Shown: piece after piece, positions 1 through 7,927 of the stretch | How the letters are laid out: every line of letters begins with the position of its first letter | How positions within the stretch are numbered: the first letter of the stretch is position 1 | Origin: an uncultured Candidatus Rokubacteria bacterium | GTDB taxonomy: Bacteria > Methylomirabilota > Methylomirabilia > Rokubacteriales > CSP1-6 | NCBI GenBank assembly: GCA_963762145.1 | Contig: CAVXJS010000017.1 | Coordinates: forward strand, 52,741 to 116,740 | Length of the DNA stretch: 64,000 bases | Reading direction: 5' to 3' | The notes under the pieces: generated by a model | Seen by the model: only the letters and a program-made list of their open reading frames with translations | Database searches by the model: none | Told to the model about the DNA's origin: nothing | Made by a program: the position numbers and the translations under genes

Positions 1-202
1 CGGCCAGGTGTCTCGGCGTATAGCTCCGGGGCGCCGCGGTCGGGGCCTTGGGGCCAACCGGCTCGCCACACTCCAGGCAGAACTTCGCCGAGCCCGGCAG
101 CTCGGCCTGGCACTTCATGCAGGTGAGGACCAGACGGGCGCCGCACTCCAGGCAGAACTTGGCCTGGGGCGGATTTTCATGCTGGCATCGTGGACACTGC
201 AT
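1..202 (-). CDS. 5' part (runs off window) of double zinc ribbon + adenylate/guanylate cyclase-AAA-TPR family protein
   Basis: Not in ORF track. Manual translation MQCPRCQHENPPQAKFCLECGARLVLTCMKCQAELPGSAKFCLECGEP...SYTPRHLA closely parallels the N-terminus of 52309..55686 (MRCPRCQHENP...YTPRHLA). Confidence 0.9.
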   Translation of the reverse strand, partial: MQCPRCQHENPPQAKFCLECGARLVLTCMKCQAELPGSAKFCLECGEPVGPKAPTAAPRSYTPRHLA

Positions 203-208
203 GCGGAG

Positions 209-269
209 ACCTTAGAGTGGCCGCGCGAAGCGGTCAAGGCTTGACCTGTGGCGGACAGCCTCCTATGAT
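209..269. promoter_or_regulatory. Back-to-back sigma-70-type promoters
   Basis: Plus strand: TTGACC(241-246)-N17-TATGAT(264-269). Minus strand: TTGACC(237-232)-N17-TAAGGT(214-209), 6 nt before the ATG at 202. The two -35 boxes form GGTCAA-N3-TTGACC. Confidence 0.65.
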
Positions 270-288
270 CGTCGCCGGCGTGACATCG

Positions 289-837
289 ATGTCTCATCTG
301 TTCGGCTCCGCTGTGCTGCTCTTGGTCACCTTCCTGGGAATTCCCATGCTGACGACCGCCGCCGAGGATATCGACATGGCGAAGGTCCGAGCGCTGGCGG
401 CACTTCCGGTGAACGAGATCTCCCGCGATTCCCCCGTGCGCGAGCTGCCCCGCGAGAGCTACTGGAAGACCATCCGCGAGAGCCCCGTGCCGGTCGCGGT
501 CATGTTCTATTCCGACGTCGATCCGGAATCGCAAAGGCTGGCAACCCTGGTGCGCTATGTCGCGATCAAGTACAAGGACAAGGTGGCTATCTATCGCGTG
601 ATGGTCGCGGCGAACGGCAAGCCCTCGAAAGCGATCGCGGCCGACTACGAGAAGAGCTATAGCCTGGACAAGACTCCGGGCATTCTGTTCTACGACAATG
701 ACTCGGGGAAGATGGTCCTGGAGGGCGAACAGTACGTCGACGCGAACTTCAAGGAGTTTCGCACCCCGAGCCTGCTGCTGTGGAAGGTCTACTACAACGC
801 GGTCTGCAGCTACATCGACAAGAACATCCTCGACTGA
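289..837 (+). CDS. Exported thioredoxin-fold protein lacking CxxC
   Basis: Signal peptide; PVAVMFYSDVDPESQRL sits where Trx has VxFYAxWCxxC; later TPGILFY resembles the cis-Pro strand. ATG at 289 follows the promoter. Confidence 0.65.
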   Translation: MSHLFGSAVLLLVTFLGIPMLTTAAEDIDMAKVRALAALPVNEISRDSPVRELPRESYWKTIRESPVPVAVMFYSDVDPESQRLATLVRYVAIKYKDKVAIYRVMVAANGKPSKAIAADYEKSYSLDKTPGILFYDNDSGKMVLEGEQYVDANFKEFRTPSLLLWKVYYNAVCSYIDKNILD

Positions 838-839
838 CC

Positions 840-1691
840 ATGGATCGGCCGGAGCCGAGCGAGGCGAGCGCGGCGGGCGCGGCGTGGACATCCGGAGACG
901 CGGCGAGCGCATGGAAGAGGGGGGCGGCGGCACGTGGCCGGGCCCTGGATCCGATGACCGAGCTGATGCTCGATCTGGCCGGGGTCACGGTCAGCAGTCA
1001 CGTGCTCGACCTGGGGGCGGGGACGGGCGACCAGACCATCTTGGCCGCCCGTCGGATCGGCCCGGGTGGCACGGTGCTGGCGACCGATATCTCCGCGGCC
1101 ATGCTCGCGCTCACGGAGGAAGCGGCCCGTGCGGCCGGCCTGCCGAACGTTCAGACGCGGGTGATGGATGCGCAGCGCCTCGACCTCGAGGCCGGCTCGT
1201 TTGACGCGGCATTGGCCCGCTTCAGCCTCCAGTTCGTCCCGGACGTCCAGGCGGCGCTGGCTGAAGTCCGGCGGGTGCTGAAGCCCGGCGGCAGATTCGC
1301 GGCGATGGTTTTCTCGGCGGTCGAGCGGAACCCGTTTCGCGCCGTCCCGCAGGCGATCGCCAGCCGTCTGGCCGGCAAGCCGTTCCCCGAATCTGGTCCC
1401 GGACAGTGGGCGCTCAACGATGCGACCACGCTCCGGGGTGCGTTTCAGCAGGCCGTCTTTCGGGACGTGGACGTCCGGCCGGTGCCGTTCGTCTACCGAT
1501 TCTCATCGCTCGCCGACGCCGTGCGGAATCTGGAGGAGGCGCAGCCTCCGCTCGTGAAGCTCATGCACGAGTTGAGCGAGGCTGACCGGGCCACCGCCTG
1601 GGCGGAGATCAAGCAGACGCTCCAGCCCTTCGTGGGGCCGGATGGGTTCGCAGCGCCGAGCGAAGCGTTGATCGCCGTCGGCATCGCCTGA
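840..1691 (+). CDS. Class I SAM-dependent methyltransferase (UbiE-like)
   Basis: VLDLGAGTG motif I, ATDIS, MDAQRL, FDAA, RVLKPGGRF. Confidence 0.9.
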   Translation: MDRPEPSEASAAGAAWTSGDAASAWKRGAAARGRALDPMTELMLDLAGVTVSSHVLDLGAGTGDQTILAARRIGPGGTVLATDISAAMLALTEEAARAAGLPNVQTRVMDAQRLDLEAGSFDAALARFSLQFVPDVQAALAEVRRVLKPGGRFAAMVFSAVERNPFRAVPQAIASRLAGKPFPESGPGQWALNDATTLRGAFQQAVFRDVDVRPVPFVYRFSSLADAVRNLEEAQPPLVKLMHELSEADRATAWAEIKQTLQPFVGPDGFAAPSEALIAVGIA

Positions 1692-1769
1692 CAGATTCGA
1701 AAGGAAGGGACCGGAAATAGTCAGACCCTTGCTTGCCGAGAGGGGTAGGGCGTGAGCTAGAATCGGCAC

Positions 1770-2090
1770 GTGGCGCATCGGTACCCGCTCGTATTCGCGA
1801 TCCTGATCTACCTCACGCTCGATCTGTCGATCCCCGCGATGCCGGGAGCGTTCGAGTTCGAGTGCGAGGACTCCGCGGAGGGCACGCGGGTGCGCGCTCG
1901 GTCTGCCGCCGAGGTCGTGGCCTTGCCCGCGTTGAGCCGCGATCCGGCGTCGGTGTGCGTACCATTGCGTCTCGAAGGTGATGAACGGCCCACACCGCAC
2001 GTGTCGGCTCAGCGGCGGGTGCGGCGCCTCGTCAGCTGGGATTCGCAGGCGCGGTACGAGATCCCGCTGTCCTCCGAAGACCCCCACTAG
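1770..2090 (+). CDS. Hypothetical small membrane-anchored protein
   Basis: N-terminal hydrophobic helix then LDLSIPAMPGAFEF; TAGAAT lies 6 nt before the GTG. Confidence 0.55.
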   Translation: MAHRYPLVFAILIYLTLDLSIPAMPGAFEFECEDSAEGTRVRARSAAEVVALPALSRDPASVCVPLRLEGDERPTPHVSAQRRVRRLVSWDSQARYEIPLSSEDPH

Positions 2091-2170
2091 TCTCTCCCGC
2101 ACGGTTTGGTGTCGGGCGACCCCTTGGCGGGGTCGCCTGTCCTGATCACTCCGGATACGAGGAGGCGACC

Positions 2171-2512
2171 ATGCCGAAAGTCGGACGCTTCGTCACCGAT
2201 CCCCGGGCCGGCGCGTACTGTCAGATCACGCTCGACAGCGGCGAGAAGGTCGTCGTCAACCACGAGAAGGGCGGCTTCAAGGGCGGTCCGCTGACGATCG
2301 AGGTCTCGAGGCTCATGGGCCTCCGCTCCGATCGGGTCTTCGCCTGCGACCTGGATACGCCACCGGGTCAGCGGGTGCTGGCCTGGCTGACTCGGGGCGC
2401 CGAGCCCGGCAGCATCGCCGCGACGCCGCTGGGGGCCGCGGTCGAGTTCGTCACGGACGCCGGGACGCTCGCCGAGCTGAGGGCGCGGTGCGCGGCGCTG
2501 GCGGCCGGCTGA
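2171..2512 (+). CDS. Hypothetical protein
   Basis: Strong SD (AGGAGG), GC3-biased codons, globular composition. Confidence 0.75.
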   Translation: MPKVGRFVTDPRAGAYCQITLDSGEKVVVNHEKGGFKGGPLTIEVSRLMGLRSDRVFACDLDTPPGQRVLAWLTRGAEPGSIAATPLGAAVEFVTDAGTLAELRARCAALAAG

Positions 2513-2539
2513 CGGTCGCGGGGAGCGTCAGGGGACCCG

Positions 2540-2566
2540 TGTCGAAACGGCGCCGGCCCGGACGAC
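2540..2566 (+). promoter_or_regulatory. ECF42-type sigma factor promoter
   Basis: TGTCGA(2540-2545)-N17-CGAC(2563-2566) upstream of an SRPBCC gene matches the recalled ECF42 -35/-10 consensus. Confidence 0.5.
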
Positions 2567-2614
2567 TACGTGATGACCTGTGACGATCTCCAACCAAGCC
2601 AAGGAGGCACTGAC

Positions 2615-3060
2615 ATGTCGACGGTACGTTTACACCGCTTTCTCAAGGCGCCGCCGGAGCGGGTGTACAAGGCCTTCCTCGACCCCGAGGCGAAGGCGAA
2701 GTGGCTGCCGCCGCACGGTTTCACGGGGAAGGTGCACCGGATGGATGCGAGGGTGGGCGGCGGCTACAAGATGAGCTTCACGAACTTCGGCACGGGCCAG
2801 ACCACAGCTTCGGCGGCACGTATGTCGAGCTGACGCCGCATGAGCGGATCCGCTACACGGACCAGTTCGACGATCCGAACCTGCCCGGCCAGATGCAGGT
2901 CACCCTCGAGCTCAAGGCGGTCATGACGGGGACGGAGCTGAGCATCGTGCAGGAAGGCCTGCCGCCCCAGATCCCCGTGGAGTTCGCGTACCTGGGCTGG
3001 CAGGAGTCCCTGACGCTTCTGGCCTACCTCGTGGAGCCGGAGATCCCCGCGACCCCTTGA
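2615..3060 (+). CDS. SRPBCC/AHSA1-like family protein (one frameshift near 2803)
   Basis: APPERVYKAFLDP..KWLPPHGFTG...GGGYKMSFTNF in one frame continues as HSFGGTYVEL.P.ERIRYTDQFDDPNLPG...GWQESL in another; SD AAGGAGG. Confidence 0.88.
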
Positions 3061-3092
3061 TGACGCAGCAGGCCGGTCTGTAGCTGCGGACC

Positions 3093-3196
3093 GTGTCAAT
3101 TTTTGGCTCAGCCCTGACACTTCGGGGGTGGTCACGCCTGCCCGCGTCTCCTATCGGTGGGAAGAGACAGGGGTTTTCCCTGGCGTGACCTTTGCT
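3093..3196 (+). promoter_or_regulatory. Sigma-54 (-24/-12) promoter with upstream inverted repeat (candidate enhancer-binding site)
   Basis: CTGGCGTGACCTTTGCT at 3180-3196 (GG-N10-GC, TTGCW); GTGTCA-N16-TGACAC at 3093-3120. Confidence 0.62.
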
Positions 3197-3227
3197 CCTG
3201 TCACCTTGGCTGGAGAGGTGACGGGGA

Positions 3228-3932
3228 ATGCCGAAGTTGACCCTGGTGAAGGAACGCAAGCCCCTGCGGGTGTTCGATGTGAACTCGTCCATCATCAACA
3301 TCGGGCGCGCGGAGGACATGCAGCTGATGATCGACGACGCCTCCGTTTCTCGCCGGCAGGCCCAGATCCGCTTTGGCGCTCAGGGCAGCTGGACGATCGG
3401 AGATCTCGGCTCGATCAACGGCACCTTCCTGAACGGGCAGCGCGTGACATCAACGCAGCCACTCAAGCGCGGCGACGAGATCTCGTTCGGCAAGTTCTCG
3501 TTGTTCTTCGACGGCGCCATCACCGAGCCGGCGAAGCCTGAGGCGGTGGCGGCGCCGAAGCCAGGAGGGGCGCTCACCGACACGGTGTACATGAGCGCCG
3601 AGGAGGCGGAGCGCCTGCGTCGCGCGGTGGCCCAGCAACGGCGCGCCCAGCTCCGGTGGGAGGCCAAGGGCCAGGACGGGACCTTCTTTCTGAAGGGCGG
3701 GGGCGCCCTGGTCGGGCGTAGCCCGCTGTGTGATCTTCAGGTGGCCGCCGGTCCAAAGCAGCATCTGCTCGTCCTGCGGACCCAGTTCGGGTTCGACGTG
3801 CGCAATCTCTCGTGGTGGTATCGCATGAAGGTCAACGGGTGGGCCCTGGAGCAGTCGACGCTCGAGAGCGGAGACGTGATCGAGATCGGCGGACTGCGCG
3901 TGACATTCCTCGACGAGCTCGTGGGGGCGTGA
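3228..3932 (+). CDS. Double FHA domain protein
   Basis: FHA1: IGR...VSRRQA...DLGSINGTFLNG...LKRGDEISFG. FHA2 is degenerate: VGRSPLCDL...MKVNG...LESGDVIEIG. Confidence 0.92.
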   Translation: MPKLTLVKERKPLRVFDVNSSIINIGRAEDMQLMIDDASVSRRQAQIRFGAQGSWTIGDLGSINGTFLNGQRVTSTQPLKRGDEISFGKFSLFFDGAITEPAKPEAVAAPKPGGALTDTVYMSAEEAERLRRAVAQQRRAQLRWEAKGQDGTFFLKGGGALVGRSPLCDLQVAAGPKQHLLVLRTQFGFDVRNLSWWYRMKVNGWALEQSTLESGDVIEIGGLRVTFLDELVGA

Positions 3933-3939
3933 GGTCACG

Positions 3940-5409
3940 GTGCCCGACGTGGTCGTCGATCGAATCAACCGTTACGAGATTCTGGCCGAGCTCGGTCGGG
4001 GCGCAACCGGTGTCGTGTACTGGGCCCACGATCCGGAGCTCGATCGACTCGTCGCCATCAAGACCCTTCGGCCCGCCCCCGAGCTGCCGGCGGAGCAATC
4101 CGGGATGCTTCAGCGGCGGCTGCGGAGCGAGGCGGCCGCCGTGGCGCGCCTCAATCACCCGAACATCGTCGCCATCCACGACATGGTCATCTGGCAACAG
4201 ACGCCGTGCGTGGTCATGGAATACGTCGAGGGATGCACGCTGGCGAGTCTCATCATGGAAGGCCCCCTGGCGCCGGGGCGGGCCATTCACATCGCCCTCC
4301 AGGTGTGTGACGCGCTGGAATACGCCCACGCGCTCGGCGTGGTGCACCGGGACATCAAGCCGGGGAACATCCTGGTGAGCGCCACCGGTGTGGCGAAGCT
4401 CGGAGACTTCAGCATGGCGCCGCGGACCGGCCAGGACGGCGAGGCCGCGGCCCTGGTGGGGACGCCGGGCTACATGGCGCCCGAGTCGGTCATGGACGGG
4501 GCCACGGACACGCGGAGTGACCTGTTCTCGCTCGGCGTCGTGCTCTACGAAGCGGTGGCCGGAGTGCGCGCGTTCCCCGGTGTGGATCTGGCGTCGGTGC
4601 TCTATGACATCGCGCACGTCGAGCCCGCATCGCCGCGAGAGTACAACGCCGCGGTCACTCCTGCGCTCGCGGCCGTCATCCGGCAGGCCATGGGCAAACA
4701 GCCTGGCAGCCGGTACGCGAGCGCCCGGTTGCTCGCGCAGGCTCTCCTCGCGGCGCGCGATGGCGGGGACGCGGCCCCGCGCCCCGGAGCGCGCTGGCCG
4801 GGTTGGCGATCGCTGATCGTCGCGCTGGTGGGCCTGGCGATCGCCGGGAGCTCGGTCGGGATGCTGGAGGTCCGACCGCGTGTCGAGCCGCCGGCCCAGG
4901 TGCCGGCCATGACCGTCACGGCGGCCGACGTCTCGGCTCGTCCGAAACGGGCGGGGCTGGATGAGACTCGCCGGCCGGTCGAGGTGAGCACCAGGGCGTC
5001 GGACGCGCCGGGCGCGATTCCACGTGCGGCGATTCCACGTCCGGAGAGGACTGGCCGCCGCGCTGTCGTCTCCCGTGCGCCTGAGGGGGGCCAGGCCGCG
5101 AGTCGCCCGGAGGGCTCGGTGCCGCTGCCTCGAGCCAGCGAGGCGGCCGAGACCGCGGCGTCGCCGCCGCAACGCCTTGGCTGCCTCAGCGTGAATGCGG
5201 TCCCCTTTGCCACCGTCCTGGTCGACGGCCAGGTGGCGGGGGAGACGCCCGAGGCATGTCTGCGGGTGAAGGTCGGGGAGCACCGGGTCCAGCTGCAGCA
5301 GGACGGCGATCGGAGCCCGGAGCGCGTGGTGCGGGTCGGCGAGCAGCACACGGCAGAGAACCCCGTGCGGCTGAGCTTTGATTTCAGGTCGCGGCGGTTC
5401 GGAGAGTGA
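3940..5409 (+). CDS. Membrane Hanks-type Ser/Thr protein kinase with C-terminal PEGA-like domain
   Basis: LGRGATGVVY, VAIK, HRDIKPGN, DFS (for DFG), GTPGYMAPE, DLFSLG; one TM helix; Pro/Ala linker; LSVNAVPFATVLVDG..GETP..VKVGEHRV. Confidence 0.95.
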   Translation: MPDVVVDRINRYEILAELGRGATGVVYWAHDPELDRLVAIKTLRPAPELPAEQSGMLQRRLRSEAAAVARLNHPNIVAIHDMVIWQQTPCVVMEYVEGCTLASLIMEGPLAPGRAIHIALQVCDALEYAHALGVVHRDIKPGNILVSATGVAKLGDFSMAPRTGQDGEAAALVGTPGYMAPESVMDGATDTRSDLFSLGVVLYEAVAGVRAFPGVDLASVLYDIAHVEPASPREYNAAVTPALAAVIRQAMGKQPGSRYASARLLAQALLAARDGGDAAPRPGARWPGWRSLIVALVGLAIAGSSVGMLEVRPRVEPPAQVPAMTVTAADVSARPKRAGLDETRRPVEVSTRASDAPGAIPRAAIPRPERTGRRAVVSRAPEGGQAASRPEGSVPLPRASEAAETAASPPQRLGCLSVNAVPFATVLVDGQVAGETPEACLRVKVGEHRVQLQQDGDRSPERVVRVGEQHTAENPVRLSFDFRSRRFGE

Positions 5410-6122
5410 GGATCACGATGAGCTGGAGCGCCAGGCATATCGGGCTGATCGCAGGGATGTGCAGCCTCGCGGTCTCGGGGTGCGCCACGCTGGACCAGAC
5501 GGCGGAAAGCGTGGGGACGCCGATGAGGTACGCGTGGGCGGGGGCGGATAGCGGACTCCGCGCGAATCTGCAGCAGGGCTTGACCCAGCTCGAAGCCGCG
5601 GATGCCCAGGGGGCGATGCGCTCGCTGAACCGGGCCGTCTGGGATCTGCAGCGGATCCAGGATCGCGGACTGCGCATGGATGAGCTCGCGCGGGCCCACC
5701 GGGCGATAGGGGATGTCTACTCTCGCGTGCAGAAGCCGACCTGGGCGGAGGACGAGTGGAAGCTGGCGGCGACATTCGCCGCACGGTCTCGTCAGGCGGC
5801 CGTGGCGGGAGACGAACCCTCGCCGCTCGATCGAGGCAAGGCGGCGTATATGTCTGCGCAGTTCCGCGACTCGGTGTCGTGGCTTCAGCGCGCGCTGGTC
5901 GACCTCGAAGAGGCGAACGACCTCGTGGCACGCGTGAAGCGCCTCGAGGAGACGCGCTGCTACCTCGGCTTCGCCTACGTCGCTCTCGGTCAAGAGGAGC
6001 GGGCCAAGGAGGAGTTCCAGCGCCTGGTGGCACTGGATGCGGCCGCGACGTTCTGCTCGTGCGCGGCGGCGCCAAAGATTCGCCGACTGATCGTCGAGGT
6101 GCAGCGGAGCATGCCGCGGTGA
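5406..6122 (+). CDS. TPR-like lipoprotein
   Basis: Lipobox AVSG-C; helical repeats, YLGFAYVALGQEERAKEEFQRLVALD; overlaps both neighbours by GTGA (alternative ATG at 5418). Confidence 0.8.
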   Translation: MRITMSWSARHIGLIAGMCSLAVSGCATLDQTAESVGTPMRYAWAGADSGLRANLQQGLTQLEAADAQGAMRSLNRAVWDLQRIQDRGLRMDELARAHRAIGDVYSRVQKPTWAEDEWKLAATFAARSRQAAVAGDEPSPLDRGKAAYMSAQFRDSVSWLQRALVDLEEANDLVARVKRLEETRCYLGFAYVALGQEERAKEEFQRLVALDAAATFCSCAAAPKIRRLIVEVQRSMPR

Positions 6123-6856
6123 AGGTCGAGGTGTTCGGCAAGACGGATCGAGGCCGCGCGCGCCCGGACAACGAGGACGCCTTCCTCGTCGCGGATCTGA
6201 CCGACTCGTGCGCGCTCCGGCAGTCCATCGTCCTGGAGCGAAAGGTGGGCGAGTGCGGTGTCCTCCTGGTGGTGGCGGATGGGATGGGCGGGATGGCGGC
6301 CGGTGAGGTGGCGAGCGACATGGCGACGCACACCATCTACACGCATCTGACCGAGCCGACGCGCGCGAAGGCAACCGAGCCCAGGCTGTTCGCGGAGCGG
6401 CTCCAGGAAGCGCTCGAGACGGCCAACGGCGATATCCACGGCTACGCCCTGGCGCACCCCGAGCTGCGCGGGATGGGCACGACCGCGACCGCGGCGGGCT
6501 TCCTGGGCGACTCGGTGTACGTCGCGCACGTGGGCGACAGTCGAGCGTACCTGGTCCGTGATCGGCGCATTCGCCAGCTGACGCAGGATCAATCGCTTGC
6601 CCAGCACGTGATCCTGCAGGCCCTCGGGCCCGCCACGGACGTGCGCGTCGCCATGACCCATCAGCGGGTGCAGCGCGCGGACATCCTGGTCCTCTGCTCC
6701 GATGGTCTGTCGAATGCGGTGTCGAGCGATGAGATCGCGGACGTCGTGTCGGGGGAAGCCGAGGTCTCTGCCGCGTGTGACCGTCTCGTGGCCCTGGCCA
6801 ATGAACGGGGCGGGGCCGACAACATCACGATCATCCTCGCTCGGGTCGCGCGGTAA
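6119..6856 (+). CDS. PP2C/PPM Ser/Thr phosphatase (Stp1-like)
   Basis: TDRGRARPDNED, VADGMGG, GMGTT, HVGDSRAY, LCSDGL, GGADNIT. Confidence 0.95.
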   Translation: MKVEVFGKTDRGRARPDNEDAFLVADLTDSCALRQSIVLERKVGECGVLLVVADGMGGMAAGEVASDMATHTIYTHLTEPTRAKATEPRLFAERLQEALETANGDIHGYALAHPELRGMGTTATAAGFLGDSVYVAHVGDSRAYLVRDRRIRQLTQDQSLAQHVILQALGPATDVRVAMTHQRVQRADILVLCSDGLSNAVSSDEIADVVSGEAEVSAACDRLVALANERGGADNITIILARVAR

Positions 6857-6865
6857 CGATCGCGG

Positions 6866-7696
6866 TCACACGCGAAGTCGGCGCTTCAAGATCCGAAGCC
6901 CGTTGTCCAGCGGGGCGACCAACCGGGCCAGGAAGCGGCCGACGCGACCCATCTCTCGGTACTTGGCCGCTTCCTGCTCCAGCCGCCGACACTGTCCGTC
7001 GAGGAGCGTCTCCGCGTGGGTGACGTAGTTATCCATGATGTTGGCCGGAATGCTCACGGTAGAAAGCAGAGAGGCGGCGTCTTCCGAGCGCACGTAAAAG
7101 CGATTGACACCATCAAAGAGCCCGAACCGATAGTCCGCCGCGACCAGCAAGTCTTCCCATAGCTGATGCGTGGGCTCGGGGGACCACGGCTTGGTCGCTT
7201 CGATGACCAGGATGCGAGGTCTCCACGTTCGAAAGTCGGCCCCGAGCAGCACCGCCCGCTCGTGCCCTTCCACGTCGATGGACAGGAAGTCGATCGTGCG
7301 CTCACCGACGTGCCGCTCGCACAGCTCGGCGAGGGTTAGCAGCGGAACATCGTAGGAGACCGCGGTGTGGCCCTTGTGCTGATATTCGAGGGCCTGTTTC
7401 CGGGAGAAGGTCGACAGCGCGACATCCTCCTTGATCTCGTAGAAGGTCGTCTCCCCGATCCGGTCCGAGATACCCGCGCAAACAAGAACGTCTCGCGGGC
7501 GCAGCGGTCGGAAGACCTCGGCGCGAGACGGGATGGGCTCGACGTTGACGCCGCACCATCCGCGATCGCTGAAATACTTGGTGTTCGACCCGAAAACCGG
7601 ATGACAGGCTCCGATGTCGATGAAGAAGCCGGTCTCCTGTTCGGCGAACGCCCGGCGCAGAACGACGTCCTCGCGATTTGACCCGTACGAGACCAT
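6866..7696 (-). CDS. FkbM family methyltransferase
   Basis: GFFIDIGACHP..SNT, GVNVEP, IDFLSIDVEGHE, RPRILVIEA, FDGVNRFY. Confidence 0.92.
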   Translation of the reverse strand: MVSYGSNREDVVLRRAFAEQETGFFIDIGACHPVFGSNTKYFSDRGWCGVNVEPIPSRAEVFRPLRPRDVLVCAGISDRIGETTFYEIKEDVALSTFSRKQALEYQHKGHTAVSYDVPLLTLAELCERHVGERTIDFLSIDVEGHERAVLLGADFRTWRPRILVIEATKPWSPEPTHQLWEDLLVAADYRFGLFDGVNRFYVRSEDAASLLSTVSIPANIMDNYVTHAETLLDGQCRRLEQEAAKYREMGRVGRFLARLVAPLDNGLRILKRRLRV

Positions 7697-7927
7697 TCGC
7701 TCGAGCAAGGCGCTCTCGCTCTAGTTCGGCTGGTTTGCCGTGCCGCGGTGGTGATGCGCCATCCGGTCGCATGGTGCAACGGGGGCTGCAGGAGGTCAAC
7801 CTCGGGCGGCTGCCCGCAAGCTTGCGATCCCGCGGGTAGCGTGTGCCGTTTTCCGTCAGGCCGCCCGACAGGACGTGACAATCTCCGCTCGCCCTTGCGG
7901 CTCCCGATCGCCTCGGGGAGCTCGCGC

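Noticed and set aside
68-160. Direct repeat CACTCCAGGCAGAACTT (possible CRISPR remnant)
   Set aside because: Only two copies, and they encode the repeated KFCLEC of the double zinc ribbon on the minus strand.
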